A stretch of 32,357 nt of DNA, from positions 1 to 32,357 of IMG/VR virus record IMGVR_UViG_3300035675_000021; one strand, 5' to 3'. Within the stretch, counting starts at the first letter, position 1. Each line of letters opens with the position of its first letter. The translations under genes were made by a program, and so were the position numbers. Positions 18,722-26,012 of the stretch are shown here, piece by piece. The notes beneath the pieces were generated by a model. It saw only the letters and a program-made list of their open reading frames with translations, made no database searches and was not told the DNA's origin. The DNA comes from a virus. Lineage: Duplodnaviria > Caudoviricetes.

Positions 18722-19111
18722 CTACTCGTCCCCGAAATCCGGGGTGACGATGGGAAGCGGCGTGTCGTGCTCGACGCTGTCGAGGACAAGGCGCACCGCT
18801 GCTGGCGACAGCAACGGTCCGTTCTCACCCTCGGTGCGCTTGAGCAGATACCCCTTCGGCATGTGGTACTGGCGAGAGATGATCTCGCCCCACCGTGAGC
18901 CGAAGAAGGTCCGCTTGACGCCGCCGCACTGTTCGCACTGGTGGACAGCTACGCGCTGGCCACGTGGTACGTCCACGTCGGGTTGGCACCTGATCCAGCG
19001 ATGGCGTGAGCCACCGACACGGCACTCCAGGAGTACCGGGTCGAGTGATTGCGCACGCTTGCGCTGTTCGTTGAGGAGAGTTGCTCTCTCCTTCGTATTC
19101 GGCTCCGTCAT
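18722..19111 (-). CDS. Putative zinc-binding protein of actinophage type
   Basis: CR....RHRW...CEQC...YHMPKGY motif. AAGGAG SD before ATG 19111. Confidence 0.7.
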   Translation of the reverse strand: MTEPNTKERATLLNEQRKRAQSLDPVLLECRVGGSRHRWIRCQPDVDVPRGQRVAVHQCEQCGGVKRTFFGSRWGEIISRQYHMPKGYLLKRTEGENGPLLSPAAVRLVLDSVEHDTPLPIVTPDFGDE

Positions 19112-19257
19112 TGCTTGGGTCTCCTTGAGTTGGCAGGACATGTGTCCTGGTGGATTGCTTTCATGGTGCTCAGAGCGAAGGGCGTGACCCGCCTCCCCTT
19201 CGGGAGACGGATCGTGCCCTTGCACCCCTCGCAGACGAAGGAGCGGTCACTACTCAT
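19108..19257 (-). CDS. Small putative zinc-finger protein (49 aa)
   Basis: CEGC...HQDTC. Overlaps both neighbours. Confidence 0.5.
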   Translation of the reverse strand: MSSDRSFVCEGCKGTIRLPKGRRVTPFALSTMKAIHQDTCPANSRRPKQ

Positions 19258-19456
19258 CGAGCAGTGCTCGTTCCATCGACTTGAGGAGGTCAGACGCTGC
19301 TTGCAGATCGTCGATCTGCTTGAGTGTCTGCTCCTTCTTCCAGCCGTCAGGCATCTGCTTCGATTGAGTGACGAGCATCTGACGATGCACGTCACACGCA
19401 CGAGCTGCGATGCCCGCTTGGTCGACGGTCAGGTCGAAGATGTGGGTGGTGGCCAT
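19250..19456 (-). CDS. Hypothetical protein
   Basis: 68-aa helical ORF in the operon. Confidence 0.65.
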   Translation of the reverse strand: MATTHIFDLTVDQAGIAARACDVHRQMLVTQSKQMPDGWKKEQTLKQIDDLQAASDLLKSMERALLDE

Positions 19457-19986
19457 GGTGATTCACCCCCTCCCCCGGTCCAGGTCTCGAACAGCGAGTC
19501 GAGTTCGTTGCTGAATGCAGCGACCTCGTCCTCGATGATCTTCTCCGTGTTCCCCTTCAGCAGGGATTGCAGGCTGACGAGGGCGGGGTTGTCGTTGGGA
19601 TCGACGCCCATCTCCTTCAGTCCCTCCTTCATGAGACGATCGGCGAAGCGCCCTTCCTCGTTGTTGAGGTCGGGTTCGTCACCGAACAGGGTCTCGTTGT
19701 CGGCATTGAGCCCACGCCCATACCCGAGGATCGGCGTGCCCTCCCCGTCACGGATGACGGTGAGGGCGAGGCTCACCACCTTCTCCGTCAGGGTCGGCAT
19801 CACTGCCATCCTGTCGGTCAGGTCGAGTGTCTCGGCGGTGACGTCGGGACGTGTCAGGTCCCAGCACATCCTCGACATGCCCACCATCATCGAGACAGCA
19901 GCCTCGACGTTGCCGTGCCTGGCCAGGGCGGTCGCTCCGACGATGGTGGCCTTGATCGCCTCGTCGTACTGCTCACGGTTCAGCAT
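19429..19986 (-). CDS. Hypothetical acidic protein
   Basis: ATG 19986 follows GGAGG. Phage-like codon usage. Confidence 0.65.
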   Translation of the reverse strand: MLNREQYDEAIKATIVGATALARHGNVEAAVSMMVGMSRMCWDLTRPDVTAETLDLTDRMAVMPTLTEKVVSLALTVIRDGEGTPILGYGRGLNADNETLFGDEPDLNNEEGRFADRLMKEGLKEMGVDPNDNPALVSLQSLLKGNTEKIIEDEVAAFSNELDSLFETWTGGGGESPWPPPTSST

Positions 19987-20540
19987 GACTGAGCCCTCCA
20001 CACTTCCCTGATGACGTCGGCGATGGCACCTTGCACCTTCGTCTTGTCATCGTCCACGTGGATGACGGCATCCTTGAACTCCAGGAAGCCGCCCTCCACC
20101 ATGGCGTAGGGAACCTGGGCGATGGCGATGTCCACACCACCGACCAGGTCGTCGTCGGCCATGAGTACCGTGAGGCACTCAGTGACGTCGGTGTCCGGGT
20201 TGCTCATGAAGTCCTCCTTCATCGAGCCCCTGATGGGCTCGTCATCCTTGTCCCGTGTCGCGGTGTAGCCATCAGCGATGAAGGTGATGGCCCGCAGCTT
20301 GGTCACGTCGGGGAAGTTCATCGGGATGCTGTAGAGGATGGAGTGCAGTGCTGTCGGCACGTCTCCGCCCACCGCATTCAGCGCCTCCTGCATGACCCAC
20401 TGGGGGACAGCTTCGTATGTCTCCGCCCCCTCGGGCAGGAAGCCCAGCTGAGGGAGTGAGTCACGGTTGCCCATGGCGTAGTCCTTCAGCTTCCATAGCT
20501 TGACGGCCTCGATGATGCCCTCGATATGTGGTTCGTTCAT
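19980..20540 (-). CDS. Hypothetical protein
   Basis: 186 aa with a CCAAGGAG SD. Confidence 0.75.
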   Translation of the reverse strand: MNEPHIEGIIEAVKLWKLKDYAMGNRDSLPQLGFLPEGAETYEAVPQWVMQEALNAVGGDVPTALHSILYSIPMNFPDVTKLRAITFIADGYTATRDKDDEPIRGSMKEDFMSNPDTDVTECLTVLMADDDLVGGVDIAIAQVPYAMVEGGFLEFKDAVIHVDDDKTKVQGAIADVIREVWRAQSC

Positions 20541-20569
20541 GGTCTTGCTCCTTGGTTGGATGGGATGGG

Positions 20570-22165
20570 TCAGTTCGTCTGCACTTCGGCGAGCGTGTCA
20601 CCGTTCGGCTTGTGCAGCTGTGCTCCGTTGAGGCGACCCTCGACGATGTTGTCCACGATCTCGTGGACCTTCTCGCTGATGTAGCTGTAGTCGGTGGGGT
20701 CGCTGTTGAGCACCTCGTAATCGGTGAGCTGCTCCAGCACGGTCTCCGCAATGATGTCGCGGAAGTGCGATTCGAGAGCGGGCCGCTCGACCACGACAGC
20801 CTCCTGCATGAGGTTGAAGTGACCACGCACCGAGTTGGCTGCGTCGATGAGGTTCTCCGTGCTGATCTTCAACTCGGTGAGATCACCCTTCGCCGAGCTG
20901 ATCGCAGCACGGATGATGGTCTGCACTGCGTTGGCGATGAACGCGTAGCTGTAGCCCTCGAAGTGCGGGTAGGCAGCCTCGTAGTCGATGTCGCCCATGT
21001 CCTCCTCACGCAGCAGCACCTTGATGAGGTGCGTGAAGGCCTGGAGGTCAGGCAAGCCCGACTCCAGGACGCAGTCGAAGCGACCGGGGCGAAGCATCGC
21101 ACGGTCGATCGTCTCCAGGAAGTTGGTCGTACCGATGGTGACTCGGCGGTGACCCTTCGATGACGTGCCGTCGAGGATGTCGAGCACCTTCGCCCGGTCC
21201 CTGACGGCCAGCTTCTCCATGTCCTCCATGGCGATGAGCACCTTGTACCCGTTCTCCAACAGCACCATGCTGCGAGCATTGGCAGCCTCGAAGCCTTCGA
21301 TGCCCAACGACGGGTCGATCTCGATGACGACCGCACCCAGGCGAGCTGAGAGGTACTCGGCCGTCGTCTTGACCATCGTCTTGCCGCCACCCGGAGGCCC
21401 GTAGAGGAACATGCCCGTCTTGCGGGGCAGGCCACGCTCATCGTTGGCCGAGTGGTAGCGCAGCGGCGACAGGACGAACCAGTCGATCGCGTTGGTGATG
21501 TCACGGGTGAGCGCGACGTTCTCCGGCTTGAACCCGGTCAGGTTGAGGAAGTTGAAGTTCACGTCCACCACCTGCCCGGCGTAGATGCTGTTCTTGTTCG
21601 CCCAGTCACGGACGAAGCCGAAGATGCCCTCGACCGCATCCTGGTCGCAGCGCAGCACGTTGGCCACGAGGGTCGGCGTGCCGCCCCGTGAGATCACGCG
21701 CATGGATGGACGCCACTTCTGGCCGGGCACCTTGCGGAAGCCGGGCATCGACATCTCGCCCGCAGGGACGATCATCGTGTTCATGCGCCCGGTCATCCAG
21801 TCGTAGCCGACGTCGACGATCAGCGTCGTGGGGGTCACGGTCGGATCGTTCGAGATGGGCTGAGGCACACCAGCGTCCGAGCGGTTGAGCACGGCAGCGA
21901 GAGCCACACGGATCTCGTCGGGCGTGAACCCCTCGTAGGACTGGAGGCGCTCGACCTGCTCGAACTCACTCATGACCGCATCCTTGACTCCTTCGATCGC
22001 AGCGAAGGGGTCCTTGGCATTCGCCAGCGTGCCGTCATAGACGGTGTCCTCGAAGACGATACGAGGACGTGCCAGGTTCGACCCGGCGCGACCAACGAGG
22101 TCGCTGAAGCCGATCTTGGCGGGGATGGCGTTGGCATTGCGTGTTGCGATGGTGTTCGTGTTCAT
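20570..22165 (-). CDS. AAA+ ATPase (classical clade)
   Basis: Walker A GPPGGGKT, Walker B IAMED, sensor TTN, second region of homology IDRAMLRPGRFD. ATG 22165 follows GAAAGGA. Confidence 0.9.
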   Translation of the reverse strand: MNTNTIATRNANAIPAKIGFSDLVGRAGSNLARPRIVFEDTVYDGTLANAKDPFAAIEGVKDAVMSEFEQVERLQSYEGFTPDEIRVALAAVLNRSDAGVPQPISNDPTVTPTTLIVDVGYDWMTGRMNTMIVPAGEMSMPGFRKVPGQKWRPSMRVISRGGTPTLVANVLRCDQDAVEGIFGFVRDWANKNSIYAGQVVDVNFNFLNLTGFKPENVALTRDITNAIDWFVLSPLRYHSANDERGLPRKTGMFLYGPPGGGKTMVKTTAEYLSARLGAVVIEIDPSLGIEGFEAANARSMVLLENGYKVLIAMEDMEKLAVRDRAKVLDILDGTSSKGHRRVTIGTTNFLETIDRAMLRPGRFDCVLESGLPDLQAFTHLIKVLLREEDMGDIDYEAAYPHFEGYSYAFIANAVQTIIRAAISSAKGDLTELKISTENLIDAANSVRGHFNLMQEAVVVERPALESHFRDIIAETVLEQLTDYEVLNSDPTDYSYISEKVHEIVDNIVEGRLNGAQLHKPNGDTLAEVQTN

Positions 22166-22211
22166 GGTGATTTGTCCTTTCGGGACGGGTTGGTTGTCTG
22201 TGCGGAAATGC

Positions 22212-22255
22212 ACAGAGCGCCACCCACCAGCCAGGGCCGGTGAATGACGCTCCGC
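22212..22255 (-). other. Long G-U-rich RNA hairpin in the AAA+ leader
   Basis: GCGGAGCGUCAUUCACCGGCC pairs with GGCUGGUGGGUGGCGCUCUGU at all 21 positions, 6 of them G-U. Confidence 0.7.
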
Positions 22256-22295
22256 AGATTTCGTGGAATGTGGTGAATGGCGGGGGTGAGTGGAC

Positions 22296-22316
22296 CCCAT
22301 TCACTCGCTGAATGGG
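22296..22316. promoter_or_regulatory. Palindromic motif copy CCCATTCA-ctcgc-TGAATGGG
   Basis: Overlaps the stop of the 22301-22597 gene. Confidence 0.75.
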
Positions 22317-22597
22317 ATCAAGTCCTCCGGGAGTTCGACGACGCCGATGCACCGATCCGTCTCCGGGTTGGGCTCCTCCATCGTCGTATGCACCCTGATC
22401 TCGAACTTGCCACGGTCGAGCGTCGGGATGATGTAGACGAGGAAGCCTTTGCCGAGGTGAGGGATCATCTCCCAGCCCATGACCCCATGTTCAGGGTCAG
22501 CGAAGGGCAGGTACGTGATGCCGGTCGTGGTGTCACGATGACCGGTCACCGCAATGAGCTTCGGAGGATTGAGTGGGCTCCAGGGCTTGGGCTTCAT
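22301..22597 (-). CDS. Hypothetical protein
   Basis: 98 aa with ATGA coupling. Confidence 0.65.
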   Translation of the reverse strand: MKPKPWSPLNPPKLIAVTGHRDTTTGITYLPFADPEHGVMGWEMIPHLGKGFLVYIIPTLDRGKFEIRVHTTMEEPNPETDRCIGVVELPEDLIPFSE

Positions 22598-23004
22598 GAC
22601 CCGAACACCTGCTTGGCAGCCACGACGCGAGCGGAGTGGTAGCCCTGCTCACGTACCACGTCGGTCGGCTTGCCGTTGCGGCCCCGATTGGTCATCTCGA
22701 AGCATCGCTTACCTGCCCTGGCCTTGCATGTGGGGCAGGCGACGTCGATGCTCTTGGGGCGCTTGCCCGGGATGGGCTGCACCTTGGGCAGGATCTCCTC
22801 GGGCGACGGCGTGAATGCGGGCTCACGCTTGTCCACGATGAGCGTTTGCATGGACGACACGTCGTACTCCTTGCAGTTGAGCAGGTCCACTCGCAGGGTG
22901 GTGACGATGGAGGCTGCTGCCTCCATGTCGCCCTCATGCACGATGGTCACGAGCAGGTCGTCGAGGGCGTCGAGCCAACGGCGGTAGTGGTTGGGATGGG
23001 TCAT
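22594..23004 (-). CDS. Protein with a C-terminal phage zinc finger
   Basis: VACPTCKARAGKRC...GYHSARV motif and a CCAAGGAG SD. Confidence 0.75.
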   Translation of the reverse strand: MTHPNHYRRWLDALDDLLVTIVHEGDMEAAASIVTTLRVDLLNCKEYDVSSMQTLIVDKREPAFTPSPEEILPKVQPIPGKRPKSIDVACPTCKARAGKRCFEMTNRGRNGKPTDVVREQGYHSARVVAAKQVFGS

Positions 23005-23137
23005 TTCTTCTCCTTGGTGATGTGGGATTTGATGTATGAAACGGCAACGGTGATCGCTGTTAGAACGATCGCCACTGGGATGAACAGGATGGATAGAGCA
23101 GTAAGCCAAGACTGTTGGCCCTGCCATATGTAGGAAA

Positions 23138-23290
23138 TCACTTGCGCCGGTAGTCGTGATACCGCCATTCAGCGTTGCTGGTGCGATGGCGGGGAGGCTC
23201 GGGGTGGTCGGTCGACGTGACGATGGCCACGACGAAGCCGATGGCGCACACGGCGAAGCCGATGAGGAGGAGGATCATCCACCAGCTCAT
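23138..23290 (-). CDS. Small membrane protein (50 aa, not in the ORF track)
   Basis: MSWWMILLLIGFAVCAIGFVVAIVTSTDHPEPPRH...RRK*, with an ATGA overlap to the upstream gene. Confidence 0.65.
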   Translation of the reverse strand: MSWWMILLLIGFAVCAIGFVVAIVTSTDHPEPPRHRTSNAEWRYHDYRRK

Positions 23291-23742
23291 CGCACTGCCT
23301 CCGTGGGGCTCACGACGATGTACTTGAGGGAGCGACCCTCCAGCTGCTCGTCCAGGTCCCAGATGTCCTCGAACGTGGGCTCGTCGCTGTCCATCCCCGC
23401 CAGCACCGCTTGCACGGCCTGACGGACCAGGAACTGCCTCTGGCGCTGCTCCAGGGCCTCCAAGCGCTGCTGGTACCCGTCGAGCAGGGTGTTGAGGGTG
23501 GTGACGGTCTCAGACAGGCTGAGGGTGGCGTTGAGGGCGGCTCGCACTTGCAGCTCCAGCGATGGCATGGGCTCGGTCGGAGTCGAGGGTGAGTCGAGCG
23601 CAAGGCGGGGACCCTTGTGGGCCTCGTGCTTGCGCTGCATGTGGATGTACTCGTCGAGCGGTCGCCCAGTGCGAGTCATGCACTTCTCGTTCGGCTTCGC
23701 GAAGCAGAACGGGCAGGGCACGTTGGTTGGGTCGGTGGTCAT
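23287..23742 (-). CDS. Protein with an N-terminal phage zinc finger and a coiled coil
   Basis: VPCPFCFAKPNEKC...YIHMQR, then a heptad-rich helix. CCAAGGAG SD. Confidence 0.75.
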   Translation of the reverse strand: MTTDPTNVPCPFCFAKPNEKCMTRTGRPLDEYIHMQRKHEAHKGPRLALDSPSTPTEPMPSLELQVRAALNATLSLSETVTTLNTLLDGYQQRLEALEQRQRQFLVRQAVQAVLAGMDSDEPTFEDIWDLDEQLEGRSLKYIVVSPTEAVR

Positions 23743-24104
23743 GGTGTTGCTCCTTGGGTTGGGTGTTCGGATGGTTGGATGTTGGCTTGGGCGATGAGCA
23801 TGAGGAGCCCTTCGCTGTCGACGTAGCCACGTGGATCTTCTTCCCACGAGGCCCACACTTCGACACATGCGGGGTCCTCGTCGAAGGGGTAGCCATCGAG
23901 CCAGGCGTCTCGGTTGACGGACCACGTGGCGTGGCCGTAGATGATCGAGAGCGTGGCCCCTGACTCGAAGGTCATCAGGCACTTGCGCTCGAAGTAGGGC
24001 ATCCCGAGGGTGTCAGGGTCGAGGTCGTTCATGGTGATGCGTGTCACGGGGTAGCGGTGACGGTCATCGACGACGAACGTCGAGGTGTCCTTGTCAATCC
24101 TCAC
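23739..24104 (-). CDS. Hypothetical protein
   Basis: 121 aa with 4-nt overlaps on both sides. Confidence 0.65.
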   Translation of the reverse strand: MRIDKDTSTFVVDDRHRYPVTRITMNDLDPDTLGMPYFERKCLMTFESGATLSIIYGHATWSVNRDAWLDGYPFDEDPACVEVWASWEEDPRGYVDSEGLLMLIAQANIQPSEHPTQGATP

Positions 24105-24340
24105 GACACGGTCCTGAGTTTCTGCCCGATGTCAGTCACTGCGGCTTGAGTGGCCGAGAGATGCGCCATCATGGTGAGGGCGAACACTCTCATCTCGGGG
24201 ACGAGCATGGCTTGCGTGACGATCGAGGCGAGATCGAGTTCGGTGGGGACGAACTCGACGCCGGTGCCACGCAGGGTGACTGCCTCGGTGCGCAGGATGT
24301 GGTCTCCGTCGTCGTTGGTGGTGATGGTGAAGGTGGTCAT
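24101..24340 (-). CDS. Hypothetical protein
   Basis: 79 aa with a CCAAGGAG SD. Confidence 0.7.
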   Translation of the reverse strand: MTTFTITTNDDGDHILRTEAVTLRGTGVEFVPTELDLASIVTQAMLVPEMRVFALTMMAHLSATQAAVTDIGQKLRTVS

Positions 24341-24720
24341 GGCATTTCTCCTTGGGGTTCATTCACTGGGTGAATGGGGTTGCCGACCGTGCAGGATGCG
24401 CGGTCGGGGTCGGCGTCGTGCCAACGACGTTGGTTGGCACGGGTCGAGTTCGTGGAGCGTGAGACACGTTCCATGTGGTCGGGGTTGAGGCAGTTGCGGT
24501 GACGGTCGCATGTGTGGTCGACCGTGTCGTCGTAGCCGGAGAGCGGGGATGAGGGGTTGTAGTGGTTCCACACGTAGCGATGGGCCACGGTGGTCTTGCC
24601 ACGCAGCTTGAACTTTGCGTAGCCGGAGGTGTCACACGAGCCGGTCCATACCCAGCATGTGCAGCCACAGATGGTGATGTTGGTCCGGACGGTCCGTGTG
24701 AGGTCGGTGGGGTCGGGCAT
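24337..24720 (-). CDS. HNH endonuclease (HNH_3 type)
   Basis: CWVWTG...GYAKF...AHRYVW...VDHTC...CLNPDHM...N motifs. Confidence 0.88.
   Translation of the reverse strand: MPDPTDLTRTVRTNITICGCTCWVWTGSCDTSGYAKFKLRGKTTVAHRYVWNHYNPSSPLSGYDDTVDHTCDRHRNCLNPDHMERVSRSTNSTRANQRRWHDADPDRASCTVGNPIHPVNEPQGEMP
24358..24378. promoter_or_regulatory. Palindromic motif copy TTCATTCA-ctggg-TGAATGGG
   Basis: Immediately upstream of the SD of the 24340 gene. Confidence 0.7.
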
Positions 24721-24827
24721 GAGGTGGTCCCTTCGGTCGGTGGATGGAATTGACGTAGCGATTCTCCCGGTCGGGGTGGGCCCACGGAGTGAGCGGACCA
24801 TGTGACGGGGACGCCGAAAGCCCCGAT

Positions 24828-24848
24828 CCCATTCACGGCGTGAATGAG
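24828..24848. promoter_or_regulatory. Palindromic motif copy CCCATTCA-cggcg-TGAATGAG
   Basis: Intergenic. Nested in a longer hairpin 24820-24856 (gccccga...tcggggc). Confidence 0.75.
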
Positions 24849-24876
24849 GTCGGGGCGATGGATGTCGGGACATAGC

Positions 24877-24907
24877 AAAGAGCCCCGACCTTTCGGCCGG
24901 GGCTCTT
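24877..24907 (-). terminator. Intrinsic terminator after the first early gene
   Basis: On the - strand: aagagccccggcc-gaaa-ggtcggggctcttt (GAAA tetraloop). Confidence 0.8.
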
Positions 24908-24925
24908 CGACTAGGTGTTGAGCTG

Positions 24926-25696
24926 TCAGACGCTGACAGTAATGGCGAGAAGTGCGCTCTTCTGTGAGCGCTCTTCCATGATGATTCCGGCGACGAGCTG
25001 GCGAGCTACTGCCAGACGCTGTTCGGCCGTCCATCCGCTGACGTCAGCGACGACAGGAATGGCGGACAGCTCTTCGTCACTGGCCAGCGACAGCACTCCC
25101 CATTCCGGTGTCGTGGCAACCGTTGCCACAACCGGTGTCGCGGTGGTGGTGCGGGCGGAAGGCTTGCGAGTGATCTTGCCAACCTTCCGATTCTTGCCAG
25201 TACCGGTCACGGTTGCGGCGAGGTCAATCGTGGAAGCGTTCGACAGCTTGCTACCGGTGGCCAGCGTCAGCCATGGCACATAGTCAGCCATGGCAGGAGC
25301 GTTGCCAGCGCTCTTGAACGCTTCCCGACGTGCTGCGCTGTCGTTGTCATGGATGGCCAGCGCACGTGACATTGTGGAAGCGGACGGAAGAGTCTTGCGC
25401 TCTTCTGCGTCGACGAAGAGACCGGAGGAACGGTCAGCGAACGCTGACCGGATGTTCTCACCGGTGAGACTCTTCGTCAGCTTGCCAGCGATGCTCTTGC
25501 CAGCGAGGAACGCGCCCAACGCTGACAGCGCGTCACACGTGCTGTTGAAGCCTGCCCAACGTGCGTCAGTGACGGTTGCCTCTGTCGTGCGCTCTGCGTT
25601 CGCTACTGCGCTGGCACGTTGTGCCAGTGCTGTCAGCGTTGCCGATGGCATGGCCAGCGTCGGGGCCGTGGTGGTGGTGGTGGTGGTGGTGGACAT
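24926..25696 (-). CDS. Ala/Thr-rich hypothetical protein, first gene of the leftward early block
   Basis: 256 aa, ACAGGAG SD, its own terminator, atypical codon usage, N-terminal Thr8 run. Confidence 0.75.
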   Translation of the reverse strand: MSTTTTTTTTAPTLAMPSATLTALAQRASAVANAERTTEATVTDARWAGFNSTCDALSALGAFLAGKSIAGKLTKSLTGENIRSAFADRSSGLFVDAEERKTLPSASTMSRALAIHDNDSAARREAFKSAGNAPAMADYVPWLTLATGSKLSNASTIDLAATVTGTGKNRKVGKITRKPSARTTTATPVVATVATTPEWGVLSLASDEELSAIPVVADVSGWTAEQRLAVARQLVAGIIMEERSQKSALLAITVSV

Positions 25697-25724
25697 GTTG
25701 CTCTCCTGTTATGGGATGTTGGTT

Positions 25725-25745
25725 CCCATTCATCGGATGAATGGG
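25725..25745. promoter_or_regulatory. Palindromic motif copy CCCATTCA-tcgga-TGAATGGG
   Basis: About 30 bp upstream of ATG 25696. Confidence 0.75.
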
Positions 25746-25746
25746 A

Positions 25747-25766
25747 TGGGAGGAACGTTCCTCCCA
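25747..25766. repeat. Perfect 20-bp palindrome
   Basis: tgggaggaacgttcctccca. Confidence 0.85.
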
Positions 25767-25815
25767 CAACCAATACACTATCGTAGAATAGCCCTTAGCC
25801 TCCGGTGAGGGTGAG

Positions 25816-25867
25816 CCCAGACCCCCCCACCCCCCACCCCCGGGGTACGCCCCCCCACGCCCTACCC
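25816..25867 (-). other. Clustered G-tracts (G-quadruplex-like)
   Basis: C runs of 3, 7, 6, 5, 7, 3 and 3 on the + strand. Confidence 0.7.
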
Positions 25868-25991
25868 TTCATCTCAGGGGTGTCGGACTGCTAACCATTT
25901 CTGTGAGAGATTTCAGAACAAGGACCTAGGCTAGACCCCAGTACCAAGAGGAGTGAGGCGGGGATCAGTGGATCTCACCTACTATGGACTA

Positions 25992-26005
25992 CGAACAGGT
26001 GTTCG
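25992..26005. promoter_or_regulatory. SOS (LexA) box, Gram-positive type
   Basis: CGAAC-AGGT-GTTCG, an exact match to CGAAC-N4-GTTCG, in non-coding DNA. Confidence 0.65.
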
Positions 26006-26012
26006 AGGAATG

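Noticed and set aside
19189-19210. 9-bp hairpin inside the 49-aa ORF
   Set aside because: No U tract, and such stems arise easily in GC-rich DNA.
25667-25690. (ACC)7 repeat as a phase-variation tract
   Set aside because: A triplet repeat keeps the frame. It more likely gives an unstructured C/A-rich initiation region, like the other Thr-rich starts here.
18687-25745. CRISPR array or MITE reading of the N5 palindromes
   Set aside because: Spacing is irregular (0.5-3.6 kb), the intervening DNA is genes, and I saw no target-site duplications.
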